A DNA stretch of 64,000 nt, from positions 24,675-88,674 of the forward strand of contig DOMK01000009.1 of assembly GCA_003510435.1 (NCBI GenBank), given 5' to 3'. The DNA is from Candidatus Magasanikiibacteriota bacterium (GTDB lineage: Bacteria; Patescibacteriota; Patescibacteriia; Magasanikbacterales; UBA922). This document shows, piece by piece, positions 18,418-26,981 of the stretch. How positions within the stretch are numbered: position 1 is the stretch's first letter; each line of letters opens with the position of its first letter. Under the pieces are notes generated by a model. That model worked only from the letters and a program-made list of their open reading frames with translations, did no database searches and was not told where the DNA came from. The position numbers and the translations under genes were made by a program.

Positions 18418-21400
18418 TTAAATAACTATCGACACCAATCTCCCTTTTACATAAATAACTTTTTTCGGTTCCTTACCTTCTAACCATTTCTGTACTTTGT
18501 CTGATGCAAGTGCTAATTTTTTTATTTCTTCTTCACTAATATCCACTGGCACTTGAAATTCATCACGTACTTTACCATTTACTTGTGCCACTACAGTAAT
18601 AACGTCATCAATAATTAATTTTGGATCATATTCTGACCATTCACTCAAAGCAATGCTGTCTTTATTTCCCAAATCAGCCCATAATTCTTCACAAAGATGT
18701 GGGGCGAAGGGAGAGAGTAATTTAAGGAGTAAGGAATAAGGAGTAAGGAATAATTGTTCCTCTTTACTCATCTCATTTACTAAAATCATCAGTTGTGCAA
18801 CCGCGGTATTAAAATGCATCGCTTCAATATCTTCACTTACTTTTTTTATAGTCTGATGCAACAAAGTATCAATTTTCGTATTTCGTAATTTCGTATCTTT
18901 CGTAGTTCGTATCCCCAAATTCCACACCTTCTCCAAAAATCTCCGCACTCCAACCACTCCATTCGTATCCCACGCCACTGCTTGGTCAAATGGCCCCATA
19001 AACATTATATAAGTCCTGAAAGCATCAGTGCCAAATTTTTCTACCATCTCATCTGGGTTTATTACATTCCCTCTGCTCTTACTCATTTTTTCACCATCAG
19101 AAGCCAAAATCATGCCATGTGAAGTACGTTTTTTATATGGTTCACTCGTTGGCACCAAACCAATATCAAATAAAAATTCATTCCAAAATCTAGAATACAA
19201 TAAATGCAAAACTGTGTGCTCCATTCCCCCATTATACCAATCAACTGGATTCCAATAATCCATTTTTTCTCTATCCCAAATATATTCACCATTTTTTTCT
19301 TTCATCATGGTATAAGCTAAAAAATACCAAGAACTACCAGCCCAATTTGGCATAGTATCAGTTTCTCGTCTCGCTTCACCACCGCAAACCGGACAAATGG
19401 TATTTACCCACTCATCAATATGCGCCAATGGAGATTCGCCATTGTCAGTTGGTTCATATTTTGCTACTTTTGGTAATTCAAGTGGTAGAGATGATTCTGG
19501 AAGTGGAATCCAGCCAGTATTTTCTAGGAGTTGCAATACCATTGGCTCTTCAGATGCTGTAAAATGTACATCTTCAGGTCTTGCTAAAACTAAAGTTCCA
19601 TCTAATTTCTTTTCCAAATCTCTTAAATCCTTTTCAAATATTGTTTTAAAATCAATATCTCCTAAAATTATAAATTCATTACTTAATTTTTTTATCTTTT
19701 CAAAATCAAAATTCCAATCACAACTTTTTTCTACCACAGGACGTATCTTATCTGGAAATTTTGCTGTCACAACTGGATCAAGAAGTAAAACTTTAGCCAC
19801 TTTTTTATTTAATTTTTCTAATAATTTATATACAACAACTCCACCTAAACTATGGCCAACCAAAATTGTATTTTCATCAATTTTGGTATTTTTTAAAATA
19901 TATTCAACTTGTTCATCAATATTTGGTTCATTGGTATTTGGTAAATCGGGACAAAACACAGTATTTCCCTGCTTTTCTAAAATTTGTTTCATCCACGGCT
20001 TCCAACCTTCACCTGAATAGGACATAAATCCATGAACAAAAACATAATGATGTTTTTTATTTTTACAATTTTCACAATAAACCAATGGGATTGGTTCACC
20101 CCAATAACGCTGACGAGAAAATACCCAGTCGCGAAGTTTGTAATTAACTGCCCGTTTACCTAAATTATTTTTTACAATATATTCTATAATATCTTGTCTT
20201 ACTTCATCCCACTTTCTACCTTTAAAATCAATTGGCTCTTCTAAAATACCATTCTGTTCACGATAAAATATTTCTGTACTACGCACTTTTTCTGCCAATT
20301 CTTTGTCCTCAGGGAACAATACTGGGTGTAATGGCAAATCATACATTTTAGCAAACTTATAATCGCGTTCATCATGAACTGAACAACCAACAATGCCAGT
20401 GCCATAATCCATTAGAGCAAAACTTGCTACCCAAATTGGTAAATTGCGCCCAATACCCAAATAATTTTCTGAATAACGGCCAATAAAAATACCTTCCATA
20501 TCACTATCTATATCAAACTTATCACCAGCTTTTTTCTTTTTTATTTTTTCCACAAATTCCATTACTTCTTTTTCATGTTCAGTGCCTTTTACCATTTCAT
20601 AAACATAAGGATGTTCTGGAGCAATAATTACAAAAGTTTGAGCCATAAAAGTTTGCGGAATAGAATCATAAACTTCAAATTCCAAATTCATGTCTTTTAT
20701 TTTGTGTTTAAAATTAATACCTTCGGATCGTCCAATCCAATTCTGCTGTTGAATTTTTGCTTGAGGAATATAATCAACAGTTTCCAAACCTTGTAATAAC
20801 TTATCAGCATATTTGGTAATTGAAAGCATCCACTGTTCTTTATTTCTTTTTTCTACTGGACCACCACAACGTTCGCATTTACCATCTACAACTTCCTCAT
20901 TAGCCAAACCAATTTTACAGGAAATACACCAATTGATTGGCATAGCTTTTTTATAAGCCAAACCGTGTTTGAATAATTGTAAAAATATCCACTGGGTCCA
21001 TTTGTAATATTTTGGATCAGTAGTATCTACTGCCCTATCCCAAGCAAAACTATAACCAAGCATTTTTAATTGACGCGTAAAATTGGCAATATTTTCGGCT
21101 GTCACTTCGGCTGGCGGTCGACCAGTTTTAATGGCAAAATTTTCTGTCGGCAGTCCAAAGGCATCAAAACCAATCGGGAACAAAACATTTTTTCCTTGCA
21201 TTCTTTTTTTACGACAAATCACATCCATGGCTGTAAATGGTCGTGGATGACCAACATGAAGACCAGCTCCTGATGGATAAGGAAATTCTATCAGACCATA
21301 AAATTTTTCCCTGCCCTGAGTCTTTACCGAAGGGCTTTCCTCCGTAACTTCAAAAATTTTATTGTCTTCCCAATATTTTTGCCATTTTTTCTCGCCTTGT

Positions 21401-21477
21401 TCTTCTAAAAATTCCTGATATGTTTTCATATAATTATACTTTTTTATAATAAAAGCTATCGGCACTCCCCTTGCCAC
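18418..21477 (-). CDS. leuS: leucyl-tRNA synthetase carrying an inserted YdeN/RBBP9-family serine hydrolase domain (about 190 aa). The likely start is MKTYQEF at 21429.
   Basis: HVGHP (HIGH) and KMSKS motifs; a CP1 region (IIAPEHP, GTGIVGCSVHDERD); the anticodon-binding end motif LLSPFAPHLCEELW. The insert lies between YCENC and CPVCGG and contains VFVHGF and ENTILVGHSLGG. Confidence 0.95.
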   Translation of the reverse strand: MARGVPIAFIIKKYNYMKTYQEFLEEQGEKKWQKYWEDNKIFEVTEESPSVKTQGREKFYGLIEFPYPSGAGLHVGHPRPFTAMDVICRKKRMQGKNVLFPIGFDAFGLPTENFAIKTGRPPAEVTAENIANFTRQLKMLGYSFAWDRAVDTTDPKYYKWTQWIFLQLFKHGLAYKKAMPINWCISCKIGLANEEVVDGKCERCGGPVEKRNKEQWMLSITKYADKLLQGLETVDYIPQAKIQQQNWIGRSEGINFKHKIKDMNLEFEVYDSIPQTFMAQTFVIIAPEHPYVYEMVKGTEHEKEVMEFVEKIKKKKAGDKFDIDSDMEGIFIGRYSENYLGIGRNLPIWVASFALMDYGTGIVGCSVHDERDYKFAKMYDLPLHPVLFPEDKELAEKVRSTEIFYREQNGILEEPIDFKGRKWDEVRQDIIEYIVKNNLGKRAVNYKLRDWVFSRQRYWGEPIPLVYCENCKNKKHHYVFVHGFMSYSGEGWKPWMKQILEKQGNTVFCPDLPNTNEPNIDEQVEYILKNTKIDENTILVGHSLGGVVVYKLLEKLNKKVAKVLLLDPVVTAKFPDKIRPVVEKSCDWNFDFEKIKKLSNEFIILGDIDFKTIFEKDLRDLEKKLDGTLVLARPEDVHFTASEEPMVLQLLENTGWIPLPESSLPLELPKVAKYEPTDNGESPLAHIDEWVNTICPVCGGEARRETDTMPNWAGSSWYFLAYTMMKEKNGEYIWDREKMDYWNPVDWYNGGMEHTVLHLLYSRFWNEFLFDIGLVPTSEPYKKRTSHGMILASDGEKMSKSRGNVINPDEMVEKFGTDAFRTYIMFMGPFDQAVAWDTNGVVGVRRFLEKVWNLGIRTTKDTKLRNTKIDTLLHQTIKKVSEDIEAMHFNTAVAQLMILVNEMSKEEQLFLTPYSLLLKLLSPFAPHLCEELWADLGNKDSIALSEWSEYDPKLIIDDVITVVAQVNGKVRDEFQVPVDISEEEIKKLALASDKVQKWLEGKEPKKVIYVKGRLVSIVI

Positions 21478-22300
21478 CAGTAATTTCCTCTTTTACAAAC
21501 AAAACTCTTCCACTCTCATCAATTACTGTATTATTTTTACTAGAAATCAATGAACCTTTAATTGTCTCAAATGATGGCCCTGAAATCATAATAACATCTC
21601 CAATATTCATAATCCGATATAATTCACTAATTACGCTACTCACATATTTCTTTACTAAATCAGAATTATAACCATCCTGTGTATCCTCTTGTATTCCGCA
21701 AAGCAAAACATTTCCTCCGTAATTATCTGGAATGGAACGAACAAAATTTAACATTTCTTCTCTCAAAACATAAAGCTCCATAGCTTTACCATCGGGTCTC
21801 TCAACCTTGTCATACATTTCTTTCCTTGGGCATATATCAACTCCTACATATTCATTTGCTCCATATTGTGCTAATACTTCTGCCAAATCCTCAATTAGTA
21901 AATCATTTCCCCCACAACCTAAATCAAAAAAATTTTTACCATTTATAAGTTCGGCTATTCTTTTTTTATATGTCTCAAATTCTTCTATAAACCTCTGACC
22001 TTCACGTGGTGGTTTAATATCACTAAGAAATAAATCTGCAAATGGTATTTGTGACAAAACAAAAGGATGTTTACGTTCATCAAATTTTATTACCTCCCTT
22101 GGTTTAATAGGACGATTAAAACGAGCGCGTAATTCAACGACTTTTTTCTTAGAAAATTCCTGATTAATTAAATAGTCAGCATATTTTTTATCTTCATATC
22201 TTTTTCCTTCTCCACTTTTCATATTTTGAACCAAAAATAAGGCTTTTACTTGCCTAAAGAATAATATAGATATTTTAGCTAAAAACCCTATATTTTGCAA
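21434..22300 (-). CDS. SAM-dependent methyltransferase-like protein. The start is probably MKSGEGKRY near 22222.
   Basis: FFDLGCGGNDLL motif. Confidence 0.5.
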   Translation of the reverse strand: MQNIGFLAKISILFFRQVKALFLVQNMKSGEGKRYEDKKYADYLINQEFSKKKVVELRARFNRPIKPREVIKFDERKHPFVLSQIPFADLFLSDIKPPREGQRFIEEFETYKKRIAELINGKNFFDLGCGGNDLLIEDLAEVLAQYGANEYVGVDICPRKEMYDKVERPDGKAMELYVLREEMLNFVRSIPDNYGGNVLLCGIQEDTQDGYNSDLVKKYVSSVISELYRIMNIGDVIMISGPSFETIKGSLISSKNNTVIDESGRVLFVKEEITGGKGSADSFYYKKV

Positions 22301-22318
22301 GTTTATTTTGCAAGTTTA

Positions 22319-22347
22319 TTGACCTAACTTAGAGTACATAGTAAAAT
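22319..22347 (+). promoter_or_regulatory. sigma70-like promoter TTGACC-17-TAAAAT
   Basis: Hexamers at 22319-22324 and 22342-22347. Preceded by a TTTTGCAAGTTTAT direct repeat. Confidence 0.5.
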
Positions 22348-22380
22348 TAACAGTAGGACAACTCTCACCTGGAGGCCAAG

Positions 22381-22569
22381 ATGGCCCATGTTCTGGATCT
22401 TCGCGGCTCAACCATGCCACTGGCCGAACAGATCAAGACTGGGATTGCTCTCATCATGGTGGTGCCTTTCATCACAGCCTTCCTGATGAAGAGCAAATTT
22501 AGGGAGCTAAAGGCTAGGTGGTGGGACACGTTCGTCTCAGATGTCACCACTATAACAGGTGACGAATGA
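22381..22569 (+). CDS. hypothetical 62-aa membrane peptide with GC-rich codon usage and a GGAGG SD
   Basis: MAHVLDLRGSTMPLAEQIKTGIALIMVVPFITAFLMKSKF...; GGAGG lies 7 nt upstream; the local GC is atypical. Confidence 0.35.
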   Translation: MAHVLDLRGSTMPLAEQIKTGIALIMVVPFITAFLMKSKFRELKARWWDTFVSDVTTITGDE

Positions 22570-22675
22570 CAGACAAAAGGGGGTTCACGTGCGACTTCTT
22601 TGCCAACCGGTAAGAAAGGGGGTGGAAGTCGCTCAGTTGGTTTAGCCCATCAAAAGGTGGATTAAACCAAATAAA

Positions 22676-22702
22676 GAATTCCGAATTTAACGGAATTTTT
22701 TA
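22676..22702 (+). terminator. rho-independent terminator (GAATTCCG / CGGAATT stem followed by a T-run)
   Basis: Hairpin plus TTTTTT. Confidence 0.55.
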
Positions 22703-22703
22703 T

Positions 22704-22732
22704 TTGACAAAATATATTTATATAATTACAAT
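22704..22732 (+). promoter_or_regulatory. sigma70 consensus-like promoter TTGACA-17-TACAAT
   Basis: Hexamers at 22704-22709 and 22727-22732. Confidence 0.5.
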
Positions 22733-22960
22733 ACTTACTCAACTTCACCTAACTCCGCTGTCAGTGCTGGTTTGGAGTCAGGTGTTGTTTGTGGGCATCG
22801 TGACATGTCGACAAAACCATGGAACCGGGGACTATTAGTAGTGACAAGCGAAAGTAGCGAAATCGGGGCAAACCCCCGTTCCCCATCTGGGTGCCAAACC
22901 TAGAATTACCGTATTCCGACGGTAATGTTTCCCAAAAGTGGTTTGACACACCCTTAATTT

Positions 22961-22991
22961 GTCATGAGGTCGGCAGTTCAAGTCTGCCTAG
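22961..22991 (+). other. tRNA-Pro 3'-half-like fragment (variable loop, T-arm, acceptor 3' strand)
   Basis: GAGGTCGGCAGTTCAAGTCTGCCTAGGCCCA matches the 3' portion of the tRNA-Pro at 45303-45375 in 29 of 31 positions. No 5' half was found. Confidence 0.6.
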
Positions 22992-23057
22992 GCCCATGGA
23001 CTGGGTGGTCACGATGAAGGGGGTGTGGGCGACGACAGCTAGCCCCTCCTCTAAAAC

Positions 23058-23090
23058 AAACCCTGTACCGTTCTGGTACAGGGTTTTATT
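23058..23090 (+). terminator. rho-independent terminator
   Basis: AAACCCTGTACC-GTTCT-GGTACAGGGTTT followed by TTTT. Confidence 0.7.
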
Positions 23091-23112
23091 TCCGTGTAAT
23101 CCTTTTTTCCGT

Positions 23113-24345
23113 TTAAATCCTTATTTTATTCGCCACTCTCTCAATTGCTTTAACAAAAGCAGCTGTTCGCATATCAATACTATATTTTTCTTTTGTTTCC
23201 CAAACTTCATCAAATGCCTGTACCATCATGGGTTCTAATTTGGCAAAGACTTCTGCTTCAGTCCAACGTTCATTTTTAATATTTTGTTCCCATTCAAAAC
23301 AAGACACCGTCACCCCACCAGCATTGGCTAATACATCTGGCACAAGAATAATCCCACGTTCTTTTAATATTTCATCAGCCTCTGGTGTAGTTGGTCCATT
23401 AGCCATTTCTACTATTACCTTAGCTTTAATATTATTTACATTTTCTGTTGTAATTTGATTTTCCATAGCTGACGGTACTAAAATATCCACTGGCAATTCT
23501 AATAATTCTTCATTAGTAATATTTTCTGTATCAGGACAATCTTTTAAACTACCTGTTTTCTCTTTATGTTCAAAAACTTTGTCCAAATCCAAAGCAACAT
23601 TATTCCTTACAACCACCCCACCTTTGGAATCGCTAATAGCAACTACACTATAACCTTCACTCTTCAAAATTTTGGCCATAAAACCGCCCACATTTCCCAT
23701 ACCCTGAATGGCAACTTTGGTTTCACCTGGATTCAAATTTAATTTTTTGGCTAATTCTTTTACTACATAAACACCGCCCTGAGCCGTAGCAGTCTCTCTA
23801 CCTTCTGAACCACCGTCTTTGATCGCTTTACCAGTAATCACGCCTGGATCAGCCTGACCAAGCAATTTTTCAAATTCATCACGCATCCAACCCATAATAG
23901 TGGGTGTGGTATACATATCCGGCGCTGGAACATCTTTATCAGAACCAATCTCTCGCCAAATTTTTTGGATATAACCACGAGATAGTCTTTCCAATTCACC
24001 AACAGACAATGTTTTGGAATCAACAATTATTCCGCCTTTACCACCACCCATAGGAATATTTACTGTCGCACATTTTACCATCATCCAAAATGATAAAGCC
24101 TTTACTTCATCAATCGATACATTTTGGTGATATCTAATTCCACCCTTATATGGTCCCATAGCGTTGTTAAACTGTGATCTATAGCCGGTAAACACTCTTA
24201 CTTCTCCATTATCCATTTTTACTGGGATTGACACGGTTAACACGCGATCTGGTTGTTTCAAGATGGCATGAATACCTTTATCTAGGTTCATGATTTTGGC
24301 AGCTTTATCTAGCTGGGACATGGCGTTGGCGAATGGGTTGGACAT
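23113..24345 (-). CDS. gdhA: glutamate dehydrogenase (Glu/Leu/Phe/Val dehydrogenase family)
   Basis: KGGIRYH and NIPMGGGKGG motifs; 410 aa. Confidence 0.9.
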   Translation of the reverse strand: MSNPFANAMSQLDKAAKIMNLDKGIHAILKQPDRVLTVSIPVKMDNGEVRVFTGYRSQFNNAMGPYKGGIRYHQNVSIDEVKALSFWMMVKCATVNIPMGGGKGGIIVDSKTLSVGELERLSRGYIQKIWREIGSDKDVPAPDMYTTPTIMGWMRDEFEKLLGQADPGVITGKAIKDGGSEGRETATAQGGVYVVKELAKKLNLNPGETKVAIQGMGNVGGFMAKILKSEGYSVVAISDSKGGVVVRNNVALDLDKVFEHKEKTGSLKDCPDTENITNEELLELPVDILVPSAMENQITTENVNNIKAKVIVEMANGPTTPEADEILKERGIILVPDVLANAGGVTVSCFEWEQNIKNERWTEAEVFAKLEPMMVQAFDEVWETKEKYSIDMRTAAFVKAIERVANKIRI

Positions 24346-24449
24346 AATATTTCATTCCGAGCGTAGCGAGGAATCCCTTTCCTACCTCGGCTAAACTCAA
24401 TTTAATATTTAATTAGTTGCTTTATTCTACTCTTTTTTTAAATAATGGT

Positions 24450-24535
24450 CAATGGTGAACATAAAAGGAGTAAGGAATTAGGAATAAGAGGCGAGAATAT
24501 TTTCTCGCATCCAGTCCCAACTCCCAACTCCTATA
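24450..24535. repeat. hairpin repeat family C (GGAGTAAGGAATAAGG arms around a CGAGAAAATATTTTCTCGCATCC core). Other copies are at 25540-25625, 40672-40742, 49031-49088, 49410-49480 and 57232-57262.
   Basis: Direct comparison. All copies sit at gene 3' ends or between genes, so they are terminator-like. Confidence 0.7.
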
Positions 24536-24549
24536 AAAATTTTATTTTA

Positions 24550-25479
24550 TTATATGTTCGTTTTTCTAGGTCTGATTAATTGTACTACTCCCCAAACAAC
24601 CAACCCAATCACCAACCACAATGGAATATAAACCACTAGCCAAATTGCAAAATTAACCAAGCCTTTACCTACTCCAAGTAAACTTCTGGCGGCTGATTTT
24701 ACTTCGGCCCATGGTTTCCATTTATTAGTATCATCTACAGTTGGCAAAACATCTGGATCAGTTGATAAATAAACCGTTAGAGTAGACAAACTAGCACTAT
24801 CTTTCAAATACTTCATTCTACCCATCATGGTCTCTATATCCCGTCTTACCCAAGTCAATTCACGCTGGACTGCTAACACATCTTCAATCTTAACCGCGCG
24901 TTGCATAATTTGCAAAAATTGAGTTTCAGTCGCACGTAAATTTTTCAATTGTGAATCAAGGTCAACAAATTCTTCGGTCACATCCTGACCACTCACAGTT
25001 TCGCTCTCCACTTCACCCATGGCTTTTACATCTACTACACCACTATCAAAAACTGTCACAGGAATTCTAACTATAATTTCACCATAAGGAGCCACACCAA
25101 CCTTATCAACATTACTACTAACCACAAAACCACCTTTGTCTTTGGTATATTGAGAGATCTTGGCAATTGCTTCTCGCACATTTTCTACCACCATTGAAAT
25201 TGAACCTGTCTTGATAATCAATCTATCCTGAGCCGGACTAGCTTGGACAGCATCTTCTGCCACTCCATAACTTTCTTCTTTGGCTACCAAACTATTTCTT
25301 TCCGCCATCATTGGGGCAACAACACCACCGGTCATTTCACCTTTGGTCAAACCATAATTCAACGACTCATCATATGACATACTACTCGTGCCAAGCCAAA
25401 ATGTTTTCATAATCCAAACCAAAGCAATTACTATTACAAGAATTGCTCCCCCCAAAATTATTTTCCAATTTTTTTGCAT
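24550..25479 (-). CDS. membrane-anchored hypothetical protein (DUF4349-like, coiled-coil)
   Basis: TM segments at the N- and C-termini. Confidence 0.35.
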   Translation of the reverse strand: MQKNWKIILGGAILVIVIALVWIMKTFWLGTSSMSYDESLNYGLTKGEMTGGVVAPMMAERNSLVAKEESYGVAEDAVQASPAQDRLIIKTGSISMVVENVREAIAKISQYTKDKGGFVVSSNVDKVGVAPYGEIIVRIPVTVFDSGVVDVKAMGEVESETVSGQDVTEEFVDLDSQLKNLRATETQFLQIMQRAVKIEDVLAVQRELTWVRRDIETMMGRMKYLKDSASLSTLTVYLSTDPDVLPTVDDTNKWKPWAEVKSAARSLLGVGKGLVNFAIWLVVYIPLWLVIGLVVWGVVQLIRPRKTNI

Positions 25480-25683
25480 AGTGTTTATTAATTAAAAATT
25501 AGATTAACTATAAATATATTATACTCCACACAGGTCAAAGACGTCAAAAAAGGAATTAGGAGTTGGGACGAGAGGCTAGAAAATATATTCTCGCATCCAG
25601 TCCTTAATCCTAATTCCTACTATAAAAAAATTCCCTAGCTTTCACCAGAGAATTCTATATTCAAAATTCAATATTCTATATTC

Positions 25684-26091
25684 TTAAATGTGTTTCTCCA
25701 ACATTCCTTTCAATTTCTCTTTTGGCACACCACCAACCATCTTATCTACTACCTGTCCGCCTTTAAAAACCAAAAAAGTCGGGATACTCATGACTTGAAA
25801 CTGTCCAGCGACCAATTGATTTTCATCCACATTCAATTTAGCAATTTTTACTTTTGCGATATCTAATTCACTAGCTAGTTCTTCTATAATTGGACCCATC
25901 ATTTGACAAGGACCACACCATGGTGCCCAAAAATCTACTAAAACTGGCACGTTTGATTGCAAAACCTCCACCTCAAAGTTTGCATCTGTAAGATTTAATT
26001 CTGACATATATAAATTTAAAGATTTAAAGATTGAATAATTTAAAGATTTTTTGACAAGAAGTATTTTAACATTTTTGAAAATTACCAGCAA
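25684..26091 (-). CDS. trxA: thioredoxin. The probable start is MSELNLT near 26010.
   Basis: WAPWCGPCQM active site. Confidence 0.9.
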   Translation of the reverse strand: MLVIFKNVKILLVKKSLNYSIFKSLNLYMSELNLTDANFEVEVLQSNVPVLVDFWAPWCGPCQMMGPIIEELASELDIAKVKIAKLNVDENQLVAGQFQVMSIPTFLVFKGGQVVDKMVGGVPKEKLKGMLEKHI

Positions 26092-26102
26092 GGGTGGATA
26101 AC

Positions 26103-26972
26103 TTAGGTTAAACTTGTATTACCAGATCTCTTTTTTCTTTCTTCTTCCAAAGAGATAGAATTATTTGGTTTGGCCACTTCTTCATCTGACCCTGCCTGAG
26201 GCTCAATATTATTTTGCACTTCATTTTTATTATCTTTCGCATCATTTTCAACAGTCGATTTATGTTTATCTTTTGCAAAAAGAAAAAATATTCTTCTTAT
26301 CTCTGTCACATTATCACCCTTATCTGATGAATAAGTTAAAAATACAGAAAAACCCATTTGTTCTCCATCGTCATTTACCAAATAATTTGATTCAAAGTTT
26401 GGTGGAGTAAAACGAAATTTCATTCCTGGCTCACCAATAGAATTTTGCGGTGGATTTTCTAATTTCTTTTTCATTTCGTCTGCGCCAGCTTCAGAAATTA
26501 CCAAAATCATATTGTTAGGATCCGCAAAATCTAATTGATTGCCTAATTTTAGACTATCCAATCCAGCACTACCATGATCACGTTTCAACATCCCAATCTG
26601 ATCACCATATTCTCTAAACACCGCTGACAAACATTTCACCACTCCCCCACCTTCCAACTGAGTCTTTCTTAATTGGTCATGAATTTCTTGTAAATCTTGA
26701 TCATTTTCTAAATCTCTGCCTTCTGCCACAGCATGTTCAGCTTCAATTAATCGTTGGGCATTAGAATCAATAAATTCTCTTCTTCGCAAAGGTTCAATAT
26801 TTAATCTAGCACCATTAATAGAATAAGCAAAAGTTTCTGTCTGTTGCTCGTTAGAATATTCAACCAACATTTCTGGCCCTTGCTTTTTATCATTAGAGCT
26901 TGTTTCTGGCTGGGAAAATTTTGAAGCTGAATCAATCTGGTGTTCTGCTTCAATTCGTTGTGATTGTCCCAT
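26103..26972 (-). CDS. hypothetical acidic protein downstream of infB
   Basis: ORF; no recognisable motif. Confidence 0.35.
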   Translation of the reverse strand: MGQSQRIEAEHQIDSASKFSQPETSSNDKKQGPEMLVEYSNEQQTETFAYSINGARLNIEPLRRREFIDSNAQRLIEAEHAVAEGRDLENDQDLQEIHDQLRKTQLEGGGVVKCLSAVFREYGDQIGMLKRDHGSAGLDSLKLGNQLDFADPNNMILVISEAGADEMKKKLENPPQNSIGEPGMKFRFTPPNFESNYLVNDDGEQMGFSVFLTYSSDKGDNVTEIRRIFFLFAKDKHKSTVENDAKDNKNEVQNNIEPQAGSDEEVAKPNNSISLEEERKKRSGNTSLT

Positions 26973-26981
26973 ATAAACAAA

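Noticed and set aside
22740-23060. I considered whether the second GC-rich transcript is tmRNA (it ends with a T-arm and acceptor strand), RNase P RNA or SRP RNA.
   Set aside because: I could not find the tmRNA 5' acceptor strand complementary to TAGGCCC. I also found no resume-codon/tag ORF ending in ALAA-like residues, no RNase P P4 motifs (AGGAAAGUCCGG / ACAGAANCCGGCUUA) and no SRP domain IV motif. The T-arm/acceptor segment is nearly identical to tRNA-Pro, which points to a tRNA fragment. I left it as an unclassified ncRNA/att candidate pending an Infernal search.
24550-25479. I considered whether the membrane-anchored coiled-coil protein downstream of gdhA is a defence or sensor component.
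   Set aside because: It has only generic TM/coiled-coil features, and no nuclease, ATPase or sensor motifs are recognisable. I left it as hypothetical (possibly DUF4349).
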